A stretch of 64,000 nucleotides of DNA. Origin: Botryllus schlosseri (lineage: Eukaryota). The notes beneath the pieces were generated by a model. That model searched no databases, was not told the DNA's origin, and saw only the letters and a program-made list of their open reading frames with translations. The stretch is taken from contig CM119371.1 of assembly GCA_051294905.1 (NCBI GenBank), positions 41,602,001-41,666,000 on the forward strand, given 5' to 3'. This document shows positions 1 to 12,200 of this stretch, in pieces. How positions within the stretch are numbered: position 1 is the first letter of the stretch; each line of letters begins with the position of its first letter. Both the position numbers and the translations under genes were made by a program.

Positions 1-349
1 ACGCGGCTATTGTTGGTATTTGAATCGCTGTCTACGCCGGCTCTGTGGCAAACTAATTACCAAAACATTACCATGCGAGTGATTCCTAGATTTAGCAAAC
101 TATTTCACACCCTTTTTTCTGAAAGTACGACATGCCGCTCGCAAGTCTATACCCGAAATTACGAATCATCGCCGCGTCCATAAGAATAACGATATATCAT
201 TGTCGTACTCACCGTAATTTGAAATATACACATTAATTAAGGACCAATCACGTGACTATTTACTTGATACATATTCAACACGAAGTACGACATACCAACA
301 ACGAAGCCGCGTGCGACCGATCCCTATACTGAAAAGGGTTACCGTACCA

Positions 350-672
350 CCGCACCCATAAGACGCAATAGTCGCTTGCCACCTCCGCCATAAGACATAA
401 GAGCCGCTTGCCACCCCCGCCATAAGACATAAGAGCCGCTTGCCACCCCCGCCATAAGACACAATAGCCGCTTGCCACCCCGCCATAAGACATAAGAGAC
501 GCATGCCACCCCCGGTTTCCCAGCCGCATGCGACCACCGCCATAAGACATAAGAGCCGCTTGTCACCCCCGCCATAAGACGCAATAGCCGCATGCCACCC
601 CCGCCATAAGACATAAGAGCCGCATGCCACCCCCGGTTTCCCAGCCGCATGCCACCGCACCCATAAGAGCCC
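350..672. repeat. ~32-bp minisatellite (GCCATAAGACATAAGAGCCGCTTGCCACCCCC), about 10 units; also at 9911-10233 and 19472-19762
   Basis: Direct tandem units are visible. The third copy is one unit (32 bp) shorter. Confidence 0.95.
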
Positions 673-964
673 ATTACGAATCGCCAACGATCTACTATAC
701 TACTATTGTTTGCTTGTATAATTAAAAAGTCTTTTATAATTGAAAAGTCTTGAGTACTCAGATTGCGGAGGATCTATTACACCTTCATTACTGGATCATT
801 TTGTGCAATGCATTGCTAATATGTACCATTGTCTGTTGTTTTTGCAGCGGCATGTCTGATATCAGTCGAGTGCATCGGAAGCAGTGGTGACAAAAAGCGA
901 TGGCGACAGAGTTCGTCAGATGCGTTGATCTAGCCATTACGATTTGCAAATTTCTTCATCTTCA

Positions 965-1171
965 AGTCATATATAATAAGTCAAGTCAATGACTTGGGTC
1001 GAATCATGCGCAATGACTCGAGTCCAAGTCGAGTCATTCCAAATATTGACTCGAGTCGAGTCGAGTGATTTTCCCATTTCAAGAAAATGACTCGAGTCAA
1101 GTCGAGTCACAAAGAAATCGTGACTCGAGTCAGACTCGAGTCGAGTCATGACTCGAGTCATTACAACCCTG
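965..1171 (+). mobile_element. Right end of a GACTCGAGTC-rich non-autonomous hAT-like element; also at 10526-10732 and 20055-20261
   Basis: Subterminal GACTCGAGTC/CAAGTC repeats end in GACTCGAGTCATTACAACCCTG, which parallels the right end of the complete element at 40034-41008. Confidence 0.7.
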
Positions 1172-1749
1172 ATAATACCCAGATTAGAGTGGCAATACTC
1201 AGTGATTGCTTGAGCGCATTAACATGTATAGCAAATTTCAATATCGCAGCCCCTCTCCTTATTACCGAGATAGTCGAGAAGATACCAATTGAAACAATGC
1301 GAGGTCACAATATCACTTGTATGTGGATTCCAGCACACTGCGGTATTCAGCACAATGCAATCGCCGACCTATTTGCAAGACGCGCTACAGCATCAGAAAC
1401 ACCGCCCCGTCAACAGTTGGACTTCGTCTCCGCAGGGATGCGTACTCGCTCCTGGGGTCAACTGTAGAGGACAAGCGACGCCGGAAGTAAGTACAAGCTC
1501 ATCAAAGACACGATTTACAAGAGGTTACCAAGTTTAGCATCGAGAAAAGGGCAAATCATTCTGTTTCGGTTGAGATCAGGCCATTGTCGGCTCAACTACC
1601 ACCTGCATAAGATTGGATGCAATGATTCTCCTCTATGTGAACAATGTTCGTTGCCCGAAACCGTCGATCATTATCTAATAAACTGTTTGAAGTATGTACG
1701 GCAACGTGCAAATCTGAAACGCTATATTAATAATGACAGTCTTTTTTAA
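1172..1749 (+). pseudogene. 3' fragment of a non-LTR retrotransposon ORF2 (RNase H plus C-terminal CCHC knuckle, I/Loa-like); also at 10733-11310 and 20262-20839
   Basis: Frame 1 gives VAILSDCLSAL...WIPAHCGIQHNAIADLFARRA (RNase H). After one in-frame TAG at 1465-1467 it continues RLRSGHCRLNYHLHKIGCNDSPLCEQCSLPETVDHYLINCLKY, then a stop at 1747-1749. Confidence 0.85.
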
Positions 1750-1766
1750 TATAGTAGACCTATTAA

Positions 1767-2289
1767 TAGGGCTGGGCACAATGATTCGAGTACTCGAATC
1801 TGAATCGAGTAATAATTTTAATGATTCGAGTCGAGTAGTAAAAGACGATTTTTTCGAGTACTGAAATTATACGCTCCCCACCACTGAAAGTTGATTTATC
1901 AACGAGAAGTTTATCAACGATCAGCGAGTTTATGCTAATTTCACTGTTGAAGCCTTGAAACCTTGATTGGCCGTATTGTAGCATACGGAACATGAAGTAC
2001 AAAGCTTCGAACGTTACTGAAATAGCACATTTCCGAATTCATGATCATCCCACAATCACCAAGTGCAATGAAATCGGTATGGTCGAAAAAAATAACAAAG
2101 TATCCTTAATGTGATGGATAACAGGCATTATATTCTTTGTGGTCGCTTAAAAGGTACTTATTCGAACTTTGACAAATAATATTCTGCTATGGCGTCATAA
2201 TGAGTGATACTCGATTACTCGACTCGACTCAAAGCATTCTACGTGATTCAGAATCGAATCACTCAGGTACTCGATTTTGCCCAGCCCTG
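1767..2289. mobile_element. MITE with TAGGGCTGGGCA / TGCCCAGCCCTG terminal inverted repeats; also at 11328-11850 and 20857-21379
   Basis: 12-bp TIRs with 1 mismatch and internal TCGAGT/ACTCGA subterminal repeats. The TSD is not clean. Confidence 0.75.
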
Positions 2290-2603
2290 CATGCCTATTA
2301 ACTAGTGAATGCATGTTAGATCATGTCATTCAATATGTCAAGGAAACAAGGCGCGGTATTCAAATTTTTATATGTATGAATTTGTAATGGTTATATCTCT
2401 GAATTTGATGTGTGCCAACAGATCACTGAAATATGCCTACGTATGCCTCTGTCGACGATTTATTTTTCCATCGTTCTAATATTTCTTGCGTGATAAGTTT
2501 GTGCATTTCTCATATGCATGCTATGGTGTGACGCAAAAGGCTTTAATGTGAAAGGCGTCACTATCTTTTCATCGTTTTTACCAATAATAATAATAATAAT
2601 AAT

Positions 2604-3381
2604 CGATGTCGATAAAATCACTGTGTCTTGCATATGGTCAGATTGTTCGCAAAACGCTGGTGTGACCCGTGAAAGCAACCAATCAATCATTCAATGATCT
2701 TGTGTTTTACAGAGCCTCCATTGTTCTCTCACAAATCAATTGACCGCAAATGAAGTGATCGTAGCTTACAGCTTACGCTGCCGTAAACTAGTATAGTAGA
2801 GTAATTTAATAGCAAAATGTATATTTCTGTTTTTTGTTCTTACCTTAACCAAAACTCTTGTTTAATTGAAATTGAATTCGAATAAGGTATATAGTCATCA
2901 ACCATTGGCACAGGCTCGAATTGTATCATATCAATTTGTAAATGGGTGATGCATTGCATCTTACCAATTCGTTTCTCTATTCTCTATTTTGGCTGGTAAC
3001 TATAAACTTAGGCTATGTAATTATACCTAGTTTATCATTTATATGTATATGTGAGCGATACAGCAACTTCTTGTGTGCATATTTAACTCTATATTTGTTC
3101 ATCGGTTCCGAATCAATGTCCACTGAATCTGTATTTCAGGCAACTAGCAAAATGCAATGACGCAAGCATGCCTCACTTTGAAAAGAAAACTTGACTTGAA
3201 TTGTGCCTTGACTCGTGACTTGACTTGACTCGACTTGACTCGAGTCACTGCCAAAAATCGATTGACTTGACTTGACTTGAGTCACCTTCGAAAATTGATT
3301 GACTTGACTTGATTCGAGTCAAAATCTGCAATAACTCGAAATGACTCGTGACTCGAAGGTAGTGACTTAATCCCAACACTG
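2604..3381 (-). mobile_element. Truncated copy of the CAGTGTTGGGAT hAT MITE family; also at 12165-12942 and 21694-22471
   Basis: ATCCCAACACTG ends at 3381. The interior is the reverse complement of the elements at 33759-34598 and 40034-41008. Confidence 0.8.
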
Positions 3382-4399
3382 TCCTGTGACTATTCATAAC
3401 ATGACTAATCGCGATTCGGGTGCGCATAGTAAGCTAATATTAGTAGGCTAAATAGGTCCGAAGTTCACCGTCAATGAATTTGAACATGGACCCTTTAACG
3501 TGGATATTTGGTCAGTTAGTTCGTTACGACTATTCACTGGAATGCGGCCGTAGGCTACGCAAGTAGGCCTAATCGAAATGCGGCCGTGAATACTACAAAG
3601 GATGGCCATACCTGCTTTAGTTGCTGAAGAGTGTTTTCAGGTATCGTGCTCATCGTTCAAAATATAATGAAAATGAGGATCATGATATTTTTTGTTGTGT
3701 TTGTATTTCTTCAATATACTATTATTTCTCTTTTGGTAACTAACTATGCCCGTCAACCATGTTAGAGAGCACAGCGTTGTACTGACGACGAGTTATCAAA
3801 ACGTGGTTGCCAAACTGCGTGGCCTATTTTTATCTCGATATTGAAGTCATGCGGCCTCTACGAATTTTGAAAAGTGGCCCGCGACCCCTGGTATAAGTAG
3901 AGTGTATGATCCATTCACTTGGCTAACATCACTTATATTTCAATCCACGCGGCAGCAAGTTTCTGAATCAACAATGACACATAGATTTATCTCAGTGAGA
4001 TATAGGCCTATGAGATATGTAAGCTGACTCAAGTCACCGAGCGATATGATTTGTTTGTTTCCGTTGGTCATTCAATATTATACGTGGAAATGTGCTGATT
4101 GACATTGTTACGTATCAACTTTAGTTCAAGTATTGCAGCGTCGCATTCATGGCGACTGAGAATTCGCCTCATACAGCGACGAAGTTAAATATGCGATTGC
4201 GGTTATTATTGTTGTATATGTCGGGTTAATTATGCGTAACTACTATGGTTTTGTGTGCACCAGACCACTTCGAAAATCCGCAACATTACATTTATCGGCG
4301 ATCTAATACGAATTCATTAACAGGCCGACTTGTATGTATAGACGCTACTACGGGCCGTATATTATCAGGTCGTCATGGTTCCGCCTTTAGCCACACACT

Positions 4400-5200
4400 C
4401 CACATACCCTATACTTGGAAGGCATATACTGGACACACTAGCAAGAAGTGTTCGACCATCTCTTCTACCAGCAGGTTTGGCACAGATCATCTTGGAGGCA
4501 CTTTATACGATAAAGGTGAAAATTCAACCGGCAATGCTCTGATTTCATCCTCAGTATAATAAAGTATTTGAAATTCTCATTGTATGTACGCACATTTCTA
4601 ATTCCAGTAGAATATTATGACAGTTTCCATGTGACAGAATATACGTAATATCCGCCCCAGTAGGTGCATTTGTCCGGTTACACGAGTGATGTTGGACACG
4701 TTGCAATCATGGTTTGCATGCACCGGTGGTAGTGGAATAACATTGTCAGAGATAGTTTTATACAACAGCACCGGTGATAATTGTTACGTCTATATCGCCA
4801 TATCCATCTCTGTGCCACTTACGGCGGAGATAATAAAGTTGGATTAGCAATAAAGTCGATTATCGCGTTCGTCAAGATTTATCAACCCAGGATTAAGGAA
4901 ACCGGTTGATCGCAGCTCATAAAGTTGGTGTAACTGCGTACACTGCGTACCATTCCTACGCACGAATATTTCCGATAATGACCGTGCCGACTCTCTTCTA
5001 AGTAATGGCTTCACTAACAATCTACGAATTATGTACCTGCAATTGCAGAGCGATATCAATATTCTATAATCCGTTTCTTAGCCGAACCGAACGAACTGGA
5101 CTTTCATTTCCCCATGATGGTAATTCTAGCTATTGCAGTGGCGGTATCGTTATAAGCATCAGGCTGGTGTTTCATTCAACAAATTGCCTGTAACGCATTT
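4400..5200 (-). pseudogene. Highly decayed non-LTR retrotransposon 3' remnant; also at +9561 and +19090
   Basis: The minus-strand frame at ~4415-4480 reads EEMVEHFLLVCPVY, resembling the ETVEHFLLxCPxY C-terminal knuckle. The surrounding frames are full of stops, so the extent is approximate. Confidence 0.35.
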
Positions 5201-5769
5201 TCGCATTATGATGCAACAGATAACGCTACTTGATTGAAAACTCGGACACCTCGACTAACCATCGCGCAACCCTTTCCAACTTTATGCACCTCGATTAGCA
5301 GTATTTAGTCACGCGATTGGCATTCTTCCGGATCAGCTAACTTTATTATCTTCGCCTAAAATGTGTCCCGATTAGCAGTTTTTATTCACATGATTAGCAT
5401 TCTCCCTGATCAGCTAACTTTATTATATCCGCCCTAAGTATGCAAATGAATTGTTCTTATCCAGTTTTCGATCTAACCAGGGATATCTATAAATCTCTGG
5501 ATCCAATCGGCGTTTTTTGTGCGAATCTATTGCAGAGGATTAGTGGTATCACTGATTTTCGGTTAGATGCCACTACGATTCCTACATATATTGTCACGAC
5601 GCCATATTGATCGGCGCACCATATGTTTTGGGGATCGTCCGAACCTACGATCCGAGACTGCAGTAACATAAATCGACAACTGTAAAGCTTCGTCTCAACA
5701 ACATTATATGCTGGTCTTGTTGCATTGAACTACTTCGAAAGACATAATATTTTAGCAATAATTTCACAA

Positions 5770-5819
5770 TAGGGTTACCATACGTCCTCCTTTCCTGATT
5801 CCAAAATCTGGTAACCCTG
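5770..5819. mobile_element. 50-bp internally deleted mini-MITE of the TAGGGTTACCATA family; also at 15331-15380 and 24860-24909
   Basis: TAGGGTTACCATACGTCCTCCTTT is joined directly to CCTGATTCCAAAATCTGGTAACCCTG. These match the two ends of the 336-bp element at 62598-62933. Confidence 0.75.
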
Positions 5820-6010
5820 CTTCAGATCATCTTCGTCTAAATCAGGGGTCGCCAACTCAAAACGGCTCGCGGGCAACTTTTCAAATTTTGTAGAGGTAGC
5901 GCCGCATGAATTCGATATCTAGATAAAATTTGCTCGTTATCAGACATTTTTTTGGACATGGGATGTGATGCGATGCGTTGAAGTTGAATTATAATCTAGC
6001 GAAGTTGTAC

Positions 6011-6216
6011 GACCTCATTAGCGAAGTGGTGAGATAGCGAGGCTGCAACGTCAATGGGTACGTGTTCGAGTCCGACCGAGGTCGACTTCAGAATACCTAC
6101 CTAACTGTTGGAGGGTTATCTAGGCTCCTCCTCGCCTCCTCATCCGCGTATAAGTGGAGTCTTATAAAAAGCCTACGAGTAGGCCGTGCTATAAGTCGGC
6201 CGTTACGGAAATAAAA
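6011..6216 (+). mobile_element. tRNA-derived SINE-like element; also at 15572-15777 and 25101-25306
   Basis: A box TAGCGAAGTGG (6019-6029), B box GTTCGAGTCC (6064-6073) and acceptor-like pairing GACCTC/GAGGTC (6011/6083). The anticodon arm does not pair. The element ends near ATAAAA. Confidence 0.65.
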
Positions 6217-9200
6217 TGAAGAACATCAGCCTGTTTTAAATGACATGTCGACGAATACCACAAAACAATCAAAAACAAACTTCGAAGGTCATGAAATTTT
6301 AGCAATCATTTCGCCATTGTTTCGAATCATGACGGCAAATGAGTATCTTTTCAATTAACCGTCACGTTCCCATGACTATGTGATTAAGAATGAAATTAAA
6401 ATACGCTGGAAAATATAGCAAATATTTTTCACTCGGCCCGCCACCGTATTTCTACATCTCATTTGGCCCCCGGAGGGGGATAATTGCCCACCCGTGGTCT
6501 CGGCGATTGCAACGGTGTGGTGTTCATGGTTGTTAAACTCCGCCAAACTAAAAATATAATGTAATGCTCCTGCGCAGTCAGCAAAATAACAAAAGTATTT
6601 GCTAGAAGCAATACTGCTGGTGGAATAGGCATTCCTTTCCATTCCATATTTAGCCTCAAAATACTGTGCTGAGAAACTTTCTTATACCTTGACTAAATTA
6701 TGGTTTCTAACTCGAAGGAAGTCTGATAACCGACCAGCTGCACAAATCTTCTGGTTGACATCAGACCATACACTAGCTACAGTTTTGGCTGATACATATT
6801 GCGAGCCTACTAAAGCGCAACTTAACTTACAAATGCGATGCAATATAATGTTGCATCTTCATCCATCAGTAACATTGCAATGTGTTAGTCAGGCGGTTTA
6901 TCGGCCGCGTTTTAAATAGCCAGTTGATCGTTATTCATTTGCTATCTAGCAAACATTCCGCACTCCTATAAATTATAGGACTTGACATTTTGCTCTCGTG
7001 GCTTGCGATATCAACCAATCACGCGTAGCTCATCTCATAATTATGCAACGTCTCGCGTCAATGCTGTATTTCATCCAAAATTTTACAAAATCTTTAATCA
7101 ACAAATCAATTTATTTCGCCCGATAGAAATGAATTTGTATCAATAGTAACGAGAAACGTGTTTATTATTTTCGGTGTTGGTTGTGACCCTGATTTCGACG
7201 CCGGTATGTACTCTATAAATAATTTCTGCATACTGAGTTAGGATGCGTTTAACAAATATCATACAAATTGTTTTTGTGGTGGAAATGACTTTCAGTAGTT
7301 TGGTTTTTTATGATTACGATTACTTTAGAATATCCCAATGATAATGTATGATCACTACTATGAACAACAATACAATCACATTTTGTAGATTTAAGTGTAG
7401 CGCATATTTCGATTTTATTAATGTTAAGAGGTTTCTGTATTACTCAAGTATAGTTGAATAGGAGGTGGCTAGCAAACATATTCCAATTTATTTTTTGTAA
7501 TGATCAAAGTGTGTGTGAAATGGTGTGAACGGATTAAGCATTAATCAAGCGGCGGTATGTCAATTCACCTATAGTGTGATATCTTGACACCGGATAATGC
7601 GCGAAAGTGTTTCAATTCTCAACCGCAGATTACGACAATAAAGTATTGTACCGGTTATTGTTCAACAAAGGAAATTGTTGTTTTATCTTAAGTCTTGGTT
7701 ACTGGAGAAAATAACATTTGTAAATTATTTCCTCATTTCCACAATACGCTGCGTGGTTTTTACGAACACGGCGTAATCTTCCCAATCAAAACATTTCAGA
7801 CATGTTAATCTAGTTTTACAAATCGATATGTTAATAACAATGTTTCTGAAAAGTTTGTTGGTATCGTACTAACCTTCAACACAACCCTGGTCTAATAATG
7901 TCATAATTTAATAATCAAGTCATGATCGACTATCACAAAATCTCATATGTCAAAATCAATGTGTCAATTCATATGTTTACATCGTGAAAATTTTCAATAT
8001 AACACCTCCGTTCGATTGTAAGAAATGAATTCTCAATTACGTTGGTCAGACATTCAAATCTCGTATACTCAAATGCAATGTGTTAATCTCAAACCGCACA
8101 CCGAGTGGTATTTACTTTGGTTTATAAAATATACCGAGTAGTAATTACTTTATCTTACGGAATAGTATCGACTTTTACAGTTGAACAAAATAGACGATTT
8201 GGCGGTACATGACTACAACCGGACTTGCTATGGATTTCAGACTGTAGCGATTGTATGTACTCGCGTAATCTTGTCTTCTTTCTGTACGGGTACTGTCTAG
8301 TTAGTTGGCTAAGTTACAAACGGATTTAATTGACAAGGTTTTCATGATTGACTCTTTTGGTAAGATGTTAAAATTTCGAGGTGTAATACTATTTCCATTA
8401 ACTCGATTGTGACAAAAAATACCCAGCTAACTTGTTCAAGGCTTCTTTTGTTTCAAATCAACATGTGAATAATCAGTTATTGTGACAAGTTGAAATATCG
8501 TACCGAAGTTGCGAGTGGGAACAGTACGCGATTGTGTAAGTGTAAAGACAGCGAGATGGTGATCGTGTGAATAAATAAATCTGAAACGCAGTGGAGTGAA
8601 AGTTTACCAAACCTGTCTGGCAATCCTACTTCAAATCGCGATATGACAGAGTAGCTTGAAATATTCCGATTCAACTCATCGCATTGCAACTCGATCGCGT
8701 TATGTGCAAGCGGTTGTCAAGTTGGAAATGTTTTCAACAACGGGCAATATTTCATTAATTGACTCTATTTTGTGTAGTAACACATTAAAATATCGCGATA
8801 GTATTTACTGAAACTGACAAACGGAAAATCAACTCGCGAATACAGTTGTAAGTTTTCGTCACTTGTTTCAAATTAATGTGCGTATAATTTCGAAATATGG
8901 GTGGGTTGAAAGTTGGTAGTCATGTTTGTCAATCCTATTTCAATTCACACTATGTCAAGTCAAAATATTTCATTTTTGATTATCTCAGTTACCTGTAGTA
9001 CATCTGACGAACGGATTTAAAGTTGGTAAATTACCAAAATGATTGAATATTATCGGGTTAGAGATAGTTAATATTGATTCTATAAGTGTTAAAACGGCGT
9101 GGAATGTGTGAATGATCCGGAAACGGAGTTGAAAGTTGGTCAAGTCAAGTAATATTCAGTTTCAAAAGGATTATACTCTTAAAAATATTGGAGTTCAAGT

Positions 9201-12200
9201 CGTTGCCGTTGTGGATCTGTTATTCCTTACCCTTGTGAGCGATCGTGGGATTTTATAATTATTTCACACCTATTTGAGTATGCGGTAACCTCGCAAAGGA
9301 TTAGGGTTAGGCCGGAAATAAGTGGCAATTTGTTGCTATTCAAGTTACCGACACTGGCGGTTCTGTTAGTCGTTACTTATTAAATCTTGCCAGCGAAATA
9401 AAGTTCTGTGACAAACTGATTACTAAAATTCCACCGCGTGAGCGATCGGTATGGCTATGACATCAAGTCGTGAAAGATGACTATGTCTGAGGTGTTATCT
9501 TGTGGGCGATCGTAGGATTTTACAAATATTTCACACCTTTTTGAAGTGTTAGTATGTGAACGCGGCTATTGTTGGTATTTGAATCGCTGTCTACGCCGGC
9601 TCTGTGGCAAACTAATTACCAAAACATTACCATGCGAGTGATTCCTAGATTTAGCAAACTATTTCACACCCTTTTTTCTGAAAGTACGACATGCCGCTCG
9701 TAAGTCTATATACCCGAAATTACGAATCATCGCCGCGTCCATAAGAATAACGATATATCATTGTCGTACTCACCGTAATTTGAAATATACACATTAATTA
9801 AGGACCAATCACGTGACTATTTACTTGATACATATTCAACACGAAGTACGACATACCAACAACGAAGCCGCGTGCGACCGATCCCTATACTGAAAAGGGT
9901 TACCGTACCACCGCACCCATAAGACGCAATAGTCGCTTGCCACCTCCGCCATAAGACATAAGAGCCGCTTGCCACCCCCGCCATAAGACATAAGAGCCGC
10001 TTGCCACCCCCGCCATAAGACACAATAGCCGCTTGCCACCCCGCCATAAGACATAAGAGACGCATGCCACCCCCGGTTTCCCAGCCGCATGCGACCACCG
10101 CCATAAGACATAAGAGCCGCTTGTCACCCCCGCCATAAGACGCAATAGCCGCATGCCACCCCCGCCATAAGACATAAGAGCCGCATGCCACCCCCGGTTT
10201 CCCAGCCGCATGCCACCGCACCCATAAGAGCCCATTACGAATCGCCAACGATCTACTATACTACTATTGTTTGCTTGTATAATTAAAAAGTCTTTTATAA
10301 TTGAAAAGTCTTGAGTACTCAGATTGCGGAGGATCTATTACACCTTCATTACTGGATCATTTTGTGCAATGCATTGCTAATATGTACCATTGTCTGTTGT
10401 TTTTGCAGCGGCATGTCTGATATCAGTCGAGTGCATCGGAAGCAGTGGTGACAAAAAGCGATGGCGACAGAGTTCGTCAGATGCGTTGATCTAGCCATTA
10501 CGATTTGCAAATTTCTTCATCTTCAAGTCATATATAATAAGTCAAGTCAATGACTTGGGTCGAATCATGCGCAATGACTCGAGTCCAAGTCGAGTCATTC
10601 CAAATATTGACTCGAGTCGAGTCGAGTGATTTTCCCATTTCAAGAAAATGACTCGAGTCAAGTCGAGTCACAAAGAAATCGTGACTCGAGTCAGACTCGA
10701 GTCGAGTCATGACTCGAGTCATTACAACCCTGATAATACCCAGATTAGAGTGGCAATACTCAGTGATTGCTTGAGCGCATTAACATGTATAGCAAATTTC
10801 AATATCGCAGCCCCTCTCCTTATTACCGAGATAGTCGAGAAGATACCAATTGAAACAATGCGAGGTCACAATATCACTTGTATGTGGATTCCAGCACACT
10901 GCGGTATTCAGCACAATGCAATCGCCGACCTATTTGCAAGACGCGCTACAGCATCAGAAACACCGCCCCGTCAACAGTTGGACTTCGTCTCCGCAGGGAT
11001 GCGTACTCGCTCCTGGGGTCAACTGTAGAGGACAAGCGACGCCGGAAGTAAGTACAAGCTCATCAAAGACACGATTTACAAGAGGTTACCAAGTTTAGCA
11101 TCGAGAAAAGGGCAAATCATTCTGTTTCGGTTGAGATCAGGCCATTGTCGGCTCAACTACCACCTGCATAAGATTGGATGCAATGATTCTCCTCTATGTG
11201 AACAATGTTCGTTGCCCGAAACCGTCGATCATTATCTAATAAACTGTTTGAAGTATGTACGGCAACGTGCAAATCTGAAACGCTATATTAATAATGACAG
11301 TCTTTTTTAATATAGTAGACCTATTAATAGGGCTGGGCACAATGATTCGAGTACTCGAATCTGAATCGAGTAATAATTTTAATGATTCGAGTCGAGTAGT
11401 AAAAGACGATTTTTTCGAGTACTGAAATTATACGCTCCCCACCACTGAAAGTTGATTTATCAACGAGAAGTTTATCAACGATCAGCGAGTTTATGCTAAT
11501 TTCACTGTTGAAGCCTTGAAACCTTGATTGGCCGTATTGTAGCATACGGAACATGAAGTACAAAGCTTCGAACGTTACTGAAATAGCACATTTCCGAATT
11601 CATGATCATCCCACAATCACCAAGTGCAATGAAATCGGTATGGTCGAAAAAAATAACAAAGTATCCTTAATGTGATGGATAACAGGCATTATATTCTTTG
11701 TGGTCGCTTAAAAGGTACTTATTCGAACTTTGACAAATAATATTCTGCTATGGCGTCATAATGAGTGATACTCGATTACTCGACTCGACTCAAAGCATTC
11801 TACGTGATTCAGAATCGAATCACTCAGGTACTCGATTTTGCCCAGCCCTGCATGCCTATTACCTAGTGAATGCATGTTAGATCATGTCATTCAATATGTC
11901 AAGGAAACAAGGCGCGGTATTCAAATTTTTATATGTATGAATTTGTAATGGTTATATCTCTGAATTTGATGTGTGCCAACAGATCACTGAAATATGCCTA
12001 CGTATGCCTCTGTCGACGATTTATTTTTCCATCGTTCTAATATTTCTTGCGTGATAAGTTTGTGCATTTCTCATATGCATGCTATGGTGTGACGCAAAAG
12101 GCTTTAATGTGAAAAGCGTCACTATCTTTTCATCGTTTTTACCAATAATAATAATAATAATAATCGATGTCGATAAAATCACTGTGTCTTGCATATGGTC

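Noticed and set aside
350-672. CRISPR-like appearance of the short repeats
   Set aside because: The units are contiguous with no unique spacers, there are no cas genes, and the context is eukaryotic.
256-687. Overlapping 90-143-aa minus-strand ORFs (and their copies)
   Set aside because: They are translations of the 32-bp minisatellite, with no protein signature.
4245-4559. 104-aa + strand ORF with possible splice sites
   Set aside because: No recognisable domain; the opposite strand fits a decayed retroelement better.
6011-6083. Functional tRNA gene
   Set aside because: The anticodon and T stems do not pair, so it is treated as a SINE head.
6376-6919. Short ORFs and possible transposase remnants
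   Set aside because: Only vague motif resemblance and many stops.
9301-9311. TTAGGGTTAGG telomere-like sequence
   Set aside because: Fewer than two units; expected by chance.
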